DNA of 64,000 bases from a virus. Both the position numbers and the translations under genes were made by a program. Location of the stretch: positions 1-64,000 of IMG/VR virus record IMGVR_UViG_3300037245_002806; one strand, 5' to 3'. Below the pieces are notes generated by a model. The model searched no databases. It had not been told where the DNA came from and saw only the letters and a program-made list of their open reading frames with translations. This document shows, in pieces, positions 48,617 to 57,388 of the stretch (position 1 is its first letter; every line of letters begins with the position of its first letter).

Positions 48617-50526
48617 TTCCTACCAGCTTTCCCGGTGGTCCGGAGCACAAAGGAAGCCCTTTTCCTTTTCGGTGCGTTTGCTGTGATCCTGGTAAGCTCC
48701 CAGGTTTCCCGCGATGGCCCCCCAGGATTAAAATCCCACCAAGTGAAAGCCCCTGGTTCCCCGATGGCCGTTGGCGCCGCCAAGGCGTTTGGCGAAATCG
48801 TGATCGCCCCGATGGAAACCGCCGGCTGGCCAATGGCCGTTGGCGCCTCTAACAAAACAGGATCTATTCCGTACCCTCCGCCCGGCTGCCCAATGGCCGT
48901 TGGGGCTGCGAGAGCGTTAGGCTCAATGGTCATCGAGCTAACACCAACCCCAGGGGCCGGTATTGCCGTGGGAGCCTCTAAGGCGCTCGGTGAGAGCGTT
49001 ACACTACCAACGGTAATCGCGGGTTGCCCAATAGCGGTTGGTGCCTCCAAAGCATCCGGGGAAATGGTGATCGCGCCAACGGTAACCGCGGGTTGCCCAA
49101 TAGCGGTTGGTGCCGCCAAGGCGTTTGGCGCGATCGTCGCCGCGCCGGTGGTAACCGTAGGTTGCCCGATGGCCGTTGGCGCTTCCAAGGGATCCGGCGA
49201 AATCGTAGCCCCGCCGGCGGTAATCGCGGGTTGCCCAATTGCCGTCGGCGCTTCCAAAGCGTCCGGGGAAACGGTAACCGGGCCGGTGGTAACCGCGGGT
49301 TGCCCAATAGCGGTTGGTGCCTCCAAGGCGTTTGGCGCAATCGTAGCCCCGCCGGCGGTAACCGTGGGTTGCCCGATGGCCGTTGGCGCTTCCAAGGCGT
49401 TTGGCGCGATCGTAACGGCGCCGGCGGTAACCGTCGGCTGCCCGATTGCCGTTGGCGCTTCCAAGGCGTTTGGCGCGATCGTAACGGCGCCGGCGTCAAC
49501 CGTAGGTTGCCCGATGGCCGTTGGCGCCGCCAAAGCATTCGGGGAAATGGTAACCGGGCCGGTGGTAACCGTCGGCTGTCCAATTGCCGTTGGTGCCGCC
49601 AAGGCGTCGGGGGAAATGGTGATCGAGGTGGTAACCGCCGGCTGCCCGATAGCCGTTGGCGCCGCCAAGGGATCCGGGATCGCGCCAACCGGGCCGACTG
49701 CGATCAATGGTTCCCCGATAGCGGTGGGCGCCGCCAAGGCGCTTGGCGCAATCGTAACCGGGCCGGTGGTAACCGTAGGTTGCCCAATTGCCGTCGGCGC
49801 TTCCAAAGCATTCGGGGAAATGGTTTGATCGCCCGGCCCTGCTGGCGTTAGCCTCCCGCTTACATCGTCGGTACAAATGCCTTTTGGATTTGTTTCGACG
49901 CCACCTATCCCCTGGCTTGTTTTTATGGTGGATTCGAACTGCCCGGACTGTAGATAGAGCTTATCAAACGATTCACCGATCCAAGGGGTGTTTGTTCCAT
50001 CCCAAGAAATATCTCTGGGATTGGCATCGACGGTAATTACGACTAGGCTTGTTTTTAAAGTTGTGGAAAATTGACCACTTTGGAGATAAAGTTTTTTGGC
50101 CTGGTTCCCCGTCCAGGGAGAATTTGTGCCGTCGAAAGATATGCCTTGCAGAACATTATCCACACCGCCAACGGCCAGGCTCGTTTTTACTGTTGCGGTG
50201 ATTTGGCCGCTTTGGACGTAAAGTTTATCTCCGGTATCCGCGCACCAAGGCGTGTTTTCCCCATCCCAAGAAATGCCGGTTGGGCTAAAACCAACTCGGG
50301 CAAAGCTGGTTTTTACAACGGAACTAAACTGGCCACTCTGTAGAAAGAGCTTTTCGAACCAATTCCCGCACCATGGCGTATCTGTCCCGTCGTAAGATAT
50401 GCCGCTCGACCAACCGTCTTTGGTGTTAATCGACTGGCTGGTTTTTAAGGTGGAGGTAAACTGACCGGACGTTAGATAGAGCTTGTCGCCCTGTGTGCCT
50501 ACCCAAGGTGTTGCCGTCGTCGCCAT
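48613..50526 (-). CDS. Putative virion appendage: five ~44-aa propeller-like blades plus a 16x 23-aa repeat stalk
   Basis: Repeats TPW.G...KLYLQSGQF..T.KTS...GISWDG and TI(S/A)PNALEAPTAIGQP.VT.G. Confidence 0.75.
   Translation of the reverse strand: MATTATPWVGTQGDKLYLTSGQFTSTLKTSQSINTKDGWSSGISYDGTDTPWCGNWFEKLFLQSGQFSSVVKTSFARVGFSPTGISWDGENTPWCADTGDKLYVQSGQITATVKTSLAVGGVDNVLQGISFDGTNSPWTGNQAKKLYLQSGQFSTTLKTSLVVITVDANPRDISWDGTNTPWIGESFDKLYLQSGQFESTIKTSQGIGGVETNPKGICTDDVSGRLTPAGPGDQTISPNALEAPTAIGQPTVTTGPVTIAPSALAAPTAIGEPLIAVGPVGAIPDPLAAPTAIGQPAVTTSITISPDALAAPTAIGQPTVTTGPVTISPNALAAPTAIGQPTVDAGAVTIAPNALEAPTAIGQPTVTAGAVTIAPNALEAPTAIGQPTVTAGGATIAPNALEAPTAIGQPAVTTGPVTVSPDALEAPTAIGQPAITAGGATISPDPLEAPTAIGQPTVTTGAATIAPNALAAPTAIGQPAVTVGAITISPDALEAPTAIGQPAITVGSVTLSPSALEAPTAIPAPGVGVSSMTIEPNALAAPTAIGQPGGGYGIDPVLLEAPTAIGQPAVSIGAITISPNALAAPTAIGEPGAFTWWDFNPGGPSRETWELTRITANAPKRKRASFVLRTTGKAGRK
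48750..49825 (-). repeat. 69-bp coding tandem repeat, 16 copies
   Basis: Period seen directly (e.g. 49322 and 49391). Confidence 0.92.
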
Positions 50527-51201
50527 TTAACAAAGCCCTTTTATGGCCCTCGCCACTTCGTTTAACTCGATCTCGCTAAAATGGTTGCAGGGGTAATCAA
50601 AATGCGCCCACACCTCGAAGCCGCAATCCCGCGCCCGTTCGCAAAAAGAGATATCGTTTCCCCGATCAACCGTACCGTTTGGGTTTAGCTTCCTGGTAAA
50701 GGCGCCGTTCTGCATATTCGGGTCTTCGAAAACTCGCCGCGCAATCAAAAAGCACCCCGTCCCGATGGCGTCCACCTTCTGTAACCCGTCGCGCTCCTGC
50801 CATTCGTTGTAACCCTCCGAACCGTCGCCGTGGATTTTGTAAACGTTCCAATAGATCGGGCGCTCGCCAGGCTTGCCGGTGTAGTGCCAGATCGGAGTAG
50901 GCAACCCGATAATATCTTTGTCGAACGCCACAAGATCAAGCGGATTTTCTAAGGGTGGATTGTCCGCGTCCATCGAAAGCCAATAATCGTATCCACCTTT
51001 TAGGAAATCTTTAACGATGTGGTGCAAGTTGTTTTCGTAAGGCTTGTTGCTTGGCCATTCGATTTTAACCTTGTACCTTTTGTCCATAGCCAAAAGGAGT
51101 AAGCACCGGGCTACGGTCTTGTGGATCCAGTGTAAACAAGGAACCGTTATTAGGATGCTTTTTTTATTGTCACGTCCAGAATCTTTTTTGCGTCCCGCCA
51201 T
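50527..51201 (-). CDS. Glycosyltransferase family 2-like (GT-A)
   Basis: DYWLSMDAD (DxD), VDAIGTGCFLIARRVF, GNDISFCERAR..GF. Confidence 0.85.
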   Translation of the reverse strand: MAGRKKDSGRDNKKSILITVPCLHWIHKTVARCLLLLAMDKRYKVKIEWPSNKPYENNLHHIVKDFLKGGYDYWLSMDADNPPLENPLDLVAFDKDIIGLPTPIWHYTGKPGERPIYWNVYKIHGDGSEGYNEWQERDGLQKVDAIGTGCFLIARRVFEDPNMQNGAFTRKLNPNGTVDRGNDISFCERARDCGFEVWAHFDYPCNHFSEIELNEVARAIKGLC

Positions 51202-51674
51202 TTTTTCATCTTATTTTTTACGACACCCGGCGTGGGATCGTCCGCGTCGAGCGCCTTGGCCAATTGGACTTCTGTGCCACCGTAGGCAATGCCCATCTCT
51301 CTTTTCAGATCTCGTTCTTCTCGGAGCCCCCGAAGCTCGGTATCGTTCCGGTCGTAATCTGGCATGTGTGCGTGTGCCCGATCGTCCCAAAACTCCTCTA
51401 GCTCATCCTCGGTAAGCACTGTAATGAGCGTCGGGAAGGTGGCCAACGCTTCGATGGAAAACGCTTCCGTTACCAATAGTACGCCCCACTGCATCCCCAT
51501 TGGACTGTCGGCGCTTGATTCTTGGTGGCCGCTGGTCTTGTCGTATTTCCACCCGCCCGGCATTGCCGCCGCCGCCGTTTCTTTATCGTAGGATGGCAAT
51601 AACTCCCATCGAGGGTGATCGGCGTGCCCGTTTGGCCTAAGCCCGATTTTTACTTTGATCGGTACTAATTCCAT
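51150..51674 (-). CDS. Hypothetical late protein
   Basis: GAGGAG Shine-Dalgarno. Confidence 0.7.
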   Translation of the reverse strand: MELVPIKVKIGLRPNGHADHPRWELLPSYDKETAAAAMPGGWKYDKTSGHQESSADSPMGMQWGVLLVTEAFSIEALATFPTLITVLTEDELEEFWDDRAHAHMPDYDRNDTELRGLREERDLKREMGIAYGGTEVQLAKALDADDPTPGVVKNKMKKWRDAKKILDVTIKKAS

Positions 51675-51683
51675 GGTGTCTCC

Positions 51684-52040
51684 TCACGGGATATCCCGGT
51701 CGAACCCCCAATATTGATATTCTCGCCGAAGCTCTTCCTGCACGCCCGGCACCGTTGCCGTATAGAGTGCATCGAGCCGATCCCGATCTTCCATTACCGT
51801 TGCGCCCGCTTTGCGCCGGTACGGCTTTACAATCTCCACTAACTCTCCCGCGTCGAGTCGTGTTTGTTCGCCCGCGTCAATCCACGGCACCTTGCTTTCT
51901 TGGTTGCGGGCTGGATCTTGTTGTATGGCGGTGCGTATTTTAACGCCCGCTCGATTCGTTTCGTCTAGCACTGGAACATGAAACGCAATCCTGTAAGTGC
52001 GTCCATCGCCTAAGCCGTTTAGCACGTGATAGTCGGACAT
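51684..52040 (-). CDS. Hypothetical late protein
   Basis: Start MSDYHVL after GAGGG. Confidence 0.65.
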   Translation of the reverse strand: MSDYHVLNGLGDGRTYRIAFHVPVLDETNRAGVKIRTAIQQDPARNQESKVPWIDAGEQTRLDAGELVEIVKPYRRKAGATVMEDRDRLDALYTATVPGVQEELRREYQYWGFDRDIP

Positions 52041-52048
52041 CTTTCCCT

Positions 52049-52300
52049 CTACTGCCGGCTGGCAGCGATCGCCCGCACAGCACAAGGCCGGATAACCTGT
52101 GTCGGTGGTTTCTTGTGGTTATCCTTGGCTCTCAAAGTTAAAACGTTCATGGCCGCCCGGCACCGTTTCGCCGCCTGCTCTTGCACGGTTTTAAAACGCT
52201 TGTGGGATGCCTGCACTTCCTCGGTCGCCTGCTCACCGTAGATTTTTTCCAACTCTTCGAGCGTGTAATCCCTCCCCGAAGGGATAATTAAATTCGACAT
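52049..52300 (-). CDS. Hypothetical protein
   Basis: Tiled ORF. Confidence 0.5.
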   Translation of the reverse strand: MSNLIIPSGRDYTLEELEKIYGEQATEEVQASHKRFKTVQEQAAKRCRAAMNVLTLRAKDNHKKPPTQVIRPCAVRAIAASRQ

Positions 52301-52337
52301 GGGCCGTCGCCCCCCTTTCTATATCACCACCCGCCTT

Positions 52338-52748
52338 TTAGACGGCTTGGTTGATTTGGAATACTATACCACTCGCCCACGCGATGATGATATCGCCCCC
52401 GTTCGGCGTAACCGGCATCCCCGCGGAAAAGCTGTCGATGTAGCAGATCAAAGGATCTGTGGATGGCGCCCCACCGGTATCGACCAAAACCGCCAACGCT
52501 TCCGATTCATCCCCGGAAACGGCGGAAAACGTCGTATTTGGTGCATCCACCTCGCCACCCACCGCACTTGTGACCCCGATGACCGCTTCCGACTGCTCGC
52601 CCGAAAGCTCGTCCTCGAATTCGTGTGCGGCGGAATAAGTGTAAACCCCCGTGTCGAGCAATTGGGTTTTTACGACAACGGCGGTAAGATCCCCGAGCAA
52701 CCCCGTCAAAAACTTTTCCAGCGCCTTTGTGTAGAATTGGTTTGCCAT
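52338..52748 (-). CDS. Putative small virion structural protein
   Basis: MANQFY...DPLICYID...PVTPNGGDIIIAW...IF pattern, resembling small phage structural proteins. Confidence 0.65.
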   Translation of the reverse strand: MANQFYTKALEKFLTGLLGDLTAVVVKTQLLDTGVYTYSAAHEFEDELSGEQSEAVIGVTSAVGGEVDAPNTTFSAVSGDESEALAVLVDTGGAPSTDPLICYIDSFSAGMPVTPNGGDIIIAWASGIVFQINQAV

Positions 52749-52776
52749 TTGATTTTTTTCCTTTCCTTCCCTGTTT

Positions 52777-53184
52777 TTATTCCCCGCCGAGCATCCGATC
52801 TAGCGCCCGGAGAATTTCTATCTCTTCGTCGGTAAAGCCCGCTTTGCGTTTCGCCTCGACCCGTTCCATAAAGTCGGCGTAATCGAAATCGCCGGCCACA
52901 TCGGGATCCAAGAGAAGCTCGACCCCGAGGTGCAATTTCTTCACAGGGATCTTGTCTAGTCCCAAGTCTTTAAGCAACGGAAGCGCCAAAAGGATGGCTT
53001 TCTTCGCCTTCGCCTTCCCGCCCCGAGCCTCGACCACCGCAATGGTCCCCCTGAGGATATCGATCACCTGGGATGGGAGCCCGATAATCGGGATAAACTT
53101 GGTAACGGTGTTCGCTATCTTGGCGCCCGTCCAGACGTGTTTGAGCCAGGATTTTTTCGGTTTTATCTTGCTCCAAAATGACAT
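52777..53184 (-). CDS. Hypothetical protein with amphipathic N-terminus
   Basis: GAGGGAAG Shine-Dalgarno. Confidence 0.65.
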   Translation of the reverse strand: MSFWSKIKPKKSWLKHVWTGAKIANTVTKFIPIIGLPSQVIDILRGTIAVVEARGGKAKAKKAILLALPLLKDLGLDKIPVKKLHLGVELLLDPDVAGDFDYADFMERVEAKRKAGFTDEEIEILRALDRMLGGE

Positions 53185-53196
53185 TTTCTTCCCTCT

Positions 53197-55503
53197 TTAG
53201 ATTTGCGTAAGGTGCAAAATACACCCGTACTTCCATTGGGGTTTCGGTAGCTTCCACGATACCTCGCCCGGCCCCACCGTGCCGCTCGAAATAAGCGCCC
53301 CATCTACTTCGTAGGCGTCGATCCGGTAGCTTTTCGCCCCCAGAGCAAAACCTATGTTGCCCTCGGGCTTGAGCACGGTAACGATGATCTCTTTATCGTC
53401 CTGGCCGGCCAGGCAAAACGCCTTAAAAGAGCCCCCGCCGGTACCCGAAAGAGACCGAACCGGGCTACCCTTCCACCCGGAGTTAAACGGCGTGCACCCG
53501 GCAAAAGGAAACGTTTTGGTGATCTTCTGGTAGAAAGCGGCCACCTTGTAGATCGGCTCCGTCTGCGGGAAATCGGGATCTGGCCGGTTTGGTCGCTTTT
53601 TGTTGTACCCCAGGAAAAAGCCCCCTTGGTTGTGGATCGTGGTTCCCACGCCGGCGCAAAGTGCCACAAAGATCGACATTCCATACATTTGCCAATCTCG
53701 GGAGGAGCCCCCGTAAGGCCATTCTTTGTGTTGCTTCTCGGTTTGCAGGAAGATAGGCTCATCGTTTCGCCCGAACCCCTGGCCTCGATTCCCGCCGGCC
53801 ACGAATGCAAACGCCTGGTCGTTTAGGTGCCAGCATGTGCGCACCCAAGGCGGAAAGCCCTCGACCGCGGGGTTTTTGTCCCGGTTGACATGCACGTTCC
53901 AGTAATCGAGCACCTCTTCTCCGTGGTACGCGAAGTTGTACCCACCTTCCTTGCCTTGGTGGTCGATATTCTCTCCCGAGACCGACAAAAGCACATCGGG
54001 AAGGATTTCTTTTATAAAGCGGCCCCACTTGTCGATAAACTTGGCACGGTTCTTGCGACCGATAAGCGCAAGGTGCGATCCGTGGTTGATCTCGTTAAAA
54101 AGCTCGACGTTTACCGCCGGGTGGTCCTTTAGCCGCTGGCAAACTGCCCGAAGAAAGTCTTCGATAGCATCGTTATGGAAGGTTGTATCGCTGCCCGCTT
54201 CCTTGTCGATAAACATCTCTTGGAAAGCGCCCCAGAATACCGTTAGCTGTGGCCGAATTCCCCTGCTCACGGCGTAGGCCAACCGAACCTCCATTTCATC
54301 TAGGAACTTGGGATCCACCTTTCGGCTGTACCCCCAATAATCTGGAGCCCCGCCCTTTTTAAAAGGGATCACCGCTGGCGCCGTCTGGGTTTCCGGCCCC
54401 AGTTTTCCCCATCCAAGGGTGGAGATGTTAAACCGAGCATCGTTTACCAACCCCGCCAGGTTGTCGATCACCGTCTCGTAATAGTCCCTCGGCATCCCGC
54501 CGAGCGCATGGAAAAGCGAATTCCCCAACGGGATCGAATTCCGCACCGGCTTTTCTGGCTCGTGGAACCACCGATGTTTGGCTTCGACCCGCCGTACCGC
54601 CGCAACCGGGCTCACCGGCCCCGCTTCGTCTACCACGGCGATTTCTGGCCCCATGAGCCTGGCGACTAACTTCCACTCGTCCTTGTAAGTGTCTTCGAGA
54701 TCTCGCCACCCGTACCGGTGCCCGGTGTTATTGGGATCCGGCCCGTCGTTTAACTGGTAGTAAGAAACCCCCTCGATTAACTCGGTCTCGTACCAGAAAC
54801 GAAGGTCGTTGATCATTTGCCTGGCGATTTCGTCTTCCGATAGCTCGCGCCGGTCCTGTCGCCAACAATATGGCCATGGCTGGCTGCGGTAATAAACCTC
54901 GCTCTGCCCGGTCTCTGTCATCCAAAGCTCGCGCCCCGCGCCGGCCACGTTTTTTACCGCCTCCACCTCTGCAACCCTGGAAAGATACCCCGATCGGGGT
55001 TTGGAAAGATCCGGCGTGGTATACCGATGGAAAGCAAAACCCACCGCCGCGGGGATCTTGCCGAGCATCTTGGCTGCATACTCCAACTCCGCCGGCCCGA
55101 TATTCGAAATGGACGGAGAAAGCACCTTGATCCCCGTTGGCTCAATCCGCCCCCAGATCTCGGCCACCAACTCGCCAAGGTCTTCCGGTCGGTCGCGCCA
55201 CTCGCCCCCCAGGTTGACCTCGTTTCCCATTTCCAAAATAACGTGTTTCTCGATGCCGTACTCTACCGCCCATGCGGCCAACTGCGCCGCTCTGTCGGAA
55301 ACCTCTTGCGCTGTGGCCCCTTTTACGACGTAGATATGCCGAGATTTAGGCCGCCTGGCCACCCACCTCGCCAACTCTTTCATGGTGGATTTGTGATCGG
55401 CCATTGTCCCATGCCCAACCCGGCACCCACGAAGATTTAAAGCCGCAAACCGGTCCAGCAAAAGCCCGAAGCTCGTTGCGCCGGCGTCTAGATATACCTG
55501 CAT
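53197..55503 (-). CDS. Tandem two-domain clan GH-A-like glycoside hydrolase
   Basis: Domain 1: EMGNEVN, FAFHRY, WMTETG; domain 2: ELFNEIN, WNVH, RNDEP. Confidence 0.6.
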   Translation of the reverse strand: MQVYLDAGATSFGLLLDRFAALNLRGCRVGHGTMADHKSTMKELARWVARRPKSRHIYVVKGATAQEVSDRAAQLAAWAVEYGIEKHVILEMGNEVNLGGEWRDRPEDLGELVAEIWGRIEPTGIKVLSPSISNIGPAELEYAAKMLGKIPAAVGFAFHRYTTPDLSKPRSGYLSRVAEVEAVKNVAGAGRELWMTETGQSEVYYRSQPWPYCWRQDRRELSEDEIARQMINDLRFWYETELIEGVSYYQLNDGPDPNNTGHRYGWRDLEDTYKDEWKLVARLMGPEIAVVDEAGPVSPVAAVRRVEAKHRWFHEPEKPVRNSIPLGNSLFHALGGMPRDYYETVIDNLAGLVNDARFNISTLGWGKLGPETQTAPAVIPFKKGGAPDYWGYSRKVDPKFLDEMEVRLAYAVSRGIRPQLTVFWGAFQEMFIDKEAGSDTTFHNDAIEDFLRAVCQRLKDHPAVNVELFNEINHGSHLALIGRKNRAKFIDKWGRFIKEILPDVLLSVSGENIDHQGKEGGYNFAYHGEEVLDYWNVHVNRDKNPAVEGFPPWVRTCWHLNDQAFAFVAGGNRGQGFGRNDEPIFLQTEKQHKEWPYGGSSRDWQMYGMSIFVALCAGVGTTIHNQGGFFLGYNKKRPNRPDPDFPQTEPIYKVAAFYQKITKTFPFAGCTPFNSGWKGSPVRSLSGTGGGSFKAFCLAGQDDKEIIVTVLKPEGNIGFALGAKSYRIDAYEVDGALISSGTVGPGEVSWKLPKPQWKYGCILHLTQI

Positions 55504-55512
55504 GGACCCCTC

Positions 55513-55878
55513 CTAAACTGGTTTTTCGACCACTTGGGCCGTAAGTCTTCCCGTAACCCCACCGCCGCCGGCGCCAAGGGTGATCACCATGGCGGTGTTT
55601 TCGAGCCCGTAGAGATTCCACCCCATGATCGGAATCGTGCCCGCCACGACCACGGTAACCTCAACATCCACTTCGCCCACGGTATCGGCCCCCTCGATCA
55701 CAACCGTTCCCGCCGCCGCCGGCGTGACGTCGTAGTCCGCCAAAAGGTTGGTAAGCATGTGCCGGAATCCTGGTTTTGCCGGGAATGTGATCGCCACCGC
55801 GGCGTTAGCCGCGCTTCCAACCGCGCTCTGCTGCACCGGGTACCTGTTCTCGTCTTTTGTTAAAGGTGTTGGCGCCAT
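55513..55878 (-). CDS. Putative small beta-rich virion protein
   Basis: GAGGAGG Shine-Dalgarno before MAPTPL. Confidence 0.6.
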   Translation of the reverse strand: MAPTPLTKDENRYPVQQSAVGSAANAAVAITFPAKPGFRHMLTNLLADYDVTPAAAGTVVIEGADTVGEVDVEVTVVVAGTIPIMGWNLYGLENTAMVITLGAGGGGVTGRLTAQVVEKPV

Positions 55879-55883
55879 GGTTT

Positions 55884-56390
55884 TTAAACCTCCTCGTAGG
55901 CTCGTTTGAGCCAACCGTTTAGGAAAACTTGCTTCTCTGGCTCCACCGCTGCCAAAAGCCGGTAAAAGCCTGCTTGCTCGCTCCGAATCGAGGTGATCAA
56001 CGGCACCTCGCTTGCCTTTTCTGCCGCATGGAACGATATCGGCCCCAAGGCGCCGTCGTCATCTACCCAATGGCAACCGTTCGCCCGCAATGCCCGTTGG
56101 AAGATTCGATGTGCTTGCCCCGGCCCCGTGTTTACGGCCATGTCGAAAACTTTGGTCGCAAGGCTTTGGGGCTCAAGCTGCCCGTACCCGTACCGTTCCC
56201 AAAAATGTACTTTGTAAAGCTCCACCGCGTCGGTCCTGGTAATCTCTCGCGGGTGTCTGCTGTCCCCTATCCGGTGGAGAAACCGTGCCGAAATCCCGTA
56301 ATTAGTCGCCCCGCCAGGATCTTTCGGGTGATCGATGTATCCGCCCTCGTTCTTTAAAACCGTCTTGATCGCTTCGTCGAATTCGCTCAT
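55884..56390 (-). CDS. Endolysin, glycoside hydrolase family 108 with peptidoglycan-binding C-terminus
   Basis: NEGGYIDHPKDPGGATNYGIS, FDMAVNTG, DDGALGP, FLNGWLKR. Confidence 0.93.
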   Translation of the reverse strand: MSEFDEAIKTVLKNEGGYIDHPKDPGGATNYGISARFLHRIGDSRHPREITRTDAVELYKVHFWERYGYGQLEPQSLATKVFDMAVNTGPGQAHRIFQRALRANGCHWVDDDGALGPISFHAAEKASEVPLITSIRSEQAGFYRLLAAVEPEKQVFLNGWLKRAYEEV

Positions 56391-56483
56391 TTTTCTTTTT
56401 CTCCGAGAGCGCCGGCGGGCGCGCGCTATCACGCCAATTAGATAGGACGTTAAAGCCCCGCCGGCGCCTCTGCCCGAGCAGGT

Positions 56484-56789
56484 TTACTCGGGACGGCCCT
56501 TCGCCTTTGCTTTAAGTACCTGCGAAGCTCGAAGCATCCCGAAAGCCACCGCCGCGATTCGGTCTGCGATGGCGTCGTCATCCGAAGGATCCCCCGGATT
56601 GCCTCGAACAATAAAACTGACCGTCTTTGCCGATTCCAAAGCAATCTCTGGGATCGCGCGAATGTCGCCCAAGTCGGCCCCGTCGCTGAGCCTTTCCTGG
56701 GCAAGCTGGATCGCCCGGTACATGGGCTCGACCCCGAGGTGCTCGTCTGGCGATAAATCGACATTGCTTGGATCATAGTCAGGTAACAT
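56484..56789 (-). CDS. Hypothetical protein in lysis cassette
   Basis: GGGAGG Shine-Dalgarno before MLPDYDP. Confidence 0.6.
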   Translation of the reverse strand: MLPDYDPSNVDLSPDEHLGVEPMYRAIQLAQERLSDGADLGDIRAIPEIALESAKTVSFIVRGNPGDPSDDDAIADRIAAVAFGMLRASQVLKAKAKGRPE

Positions 56790-57018
56790 TTTTTCCTCCC
56801 GGTTTAAGTAAACGTGCGACAAGTAACCCAAGGATCGCCCCCAGGAAACCCGCCGCCCCTTGTGGGATCTCTATCCCAAAAAGCGTAAATATCCACACCA
56901 CGAAAGCCGTGCTGCCGCCGACGGTCCCGACCAACGCCAGGTCACCACCGTTTAGACGGTAAGCGCCTTTGTACCTCTTGGGCAAAACCTCCACCGCGCG
57001 CTTTAGCATTTCCGCCAT
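56779..57018 (-). CDS. Holin-like two-TM membrane protein
   Basis: Two hydrophobic helices and a basic C-terminus, next to the endolysin. Confidence 0.6.
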   Translation of the reverse strand: MAEMLKRAVEVLPKRYKGAYRLNGGDLALVGTVGGSTAFVVWIFTLFGIEIPQGAAGFLGAILGLLVARLLKPGGKNVT

Positions 57019-57035
57019 TCTATATCACCACCCGC

Positions 57036-57365
57036 CTATTGCCTGGCTTTTATGGTTGTGGTGTCCGTTTTTACCCCGTCCACTGCCGTTTTTAGATCGG
57101 AAACCCGATCATTTAGGGCCGAAAACTGCACTGGAAGGTTTTGCAGTGGTTCCAGAGATGAATTGATCGTCTTTAGCCACTCCACCATTGCTTTGGTGCT
57201 CCCGTTGTTTAGCGGGCAAACGGTAGGCGCTATCGGATTCCCTGTGGATTTCCTGTAAGCATCCCGAACGGCCCCGACGGCGATTTCCGCTAGTTTAACG
57301 GCCCCAACCGCTATTGCGAGCACCACGCCTAATTGTAGCTGGTCCACTTGTTGTAGCTCCGGCAT
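57036..57365 (-). CDS. Membrane-anchored coiled-coil protein (holin/antiholin-like)
   Basis: N-terminal TM helix and C-terminal coiled-coil. Confidence 0.5.
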   Translation of the reverse strand: MPELQQVDQLQLGVVLAIAVGAVKLAEIAVGAVRDAYRKSTGNPIAPTVCPLNNGSTKAMVEWLKTINSSLEPLQNLPVQFSALNDRVSDLKTAVDGVKTDTTTIKARQ

Positions 57366-57388
57366 TTGATGATCACCTTTCGCCCCCC

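Noticed and set aside
48635-49876. Long alternative-frame and antisense ORFs (48635-49828 +, 48999-49688 -, 49024-49851 +)
   Set aside because: By-products of the stop-poor 69-bp coding repeat.
57019-57035. Polar motif explained purely as a Shine-Dalgarno sequence (GGTGGTGAT)
   Set aside because: This fits only this copy, where ATG follows directly. The other eight lack a suitably spaced start yet conserve ATAGA.
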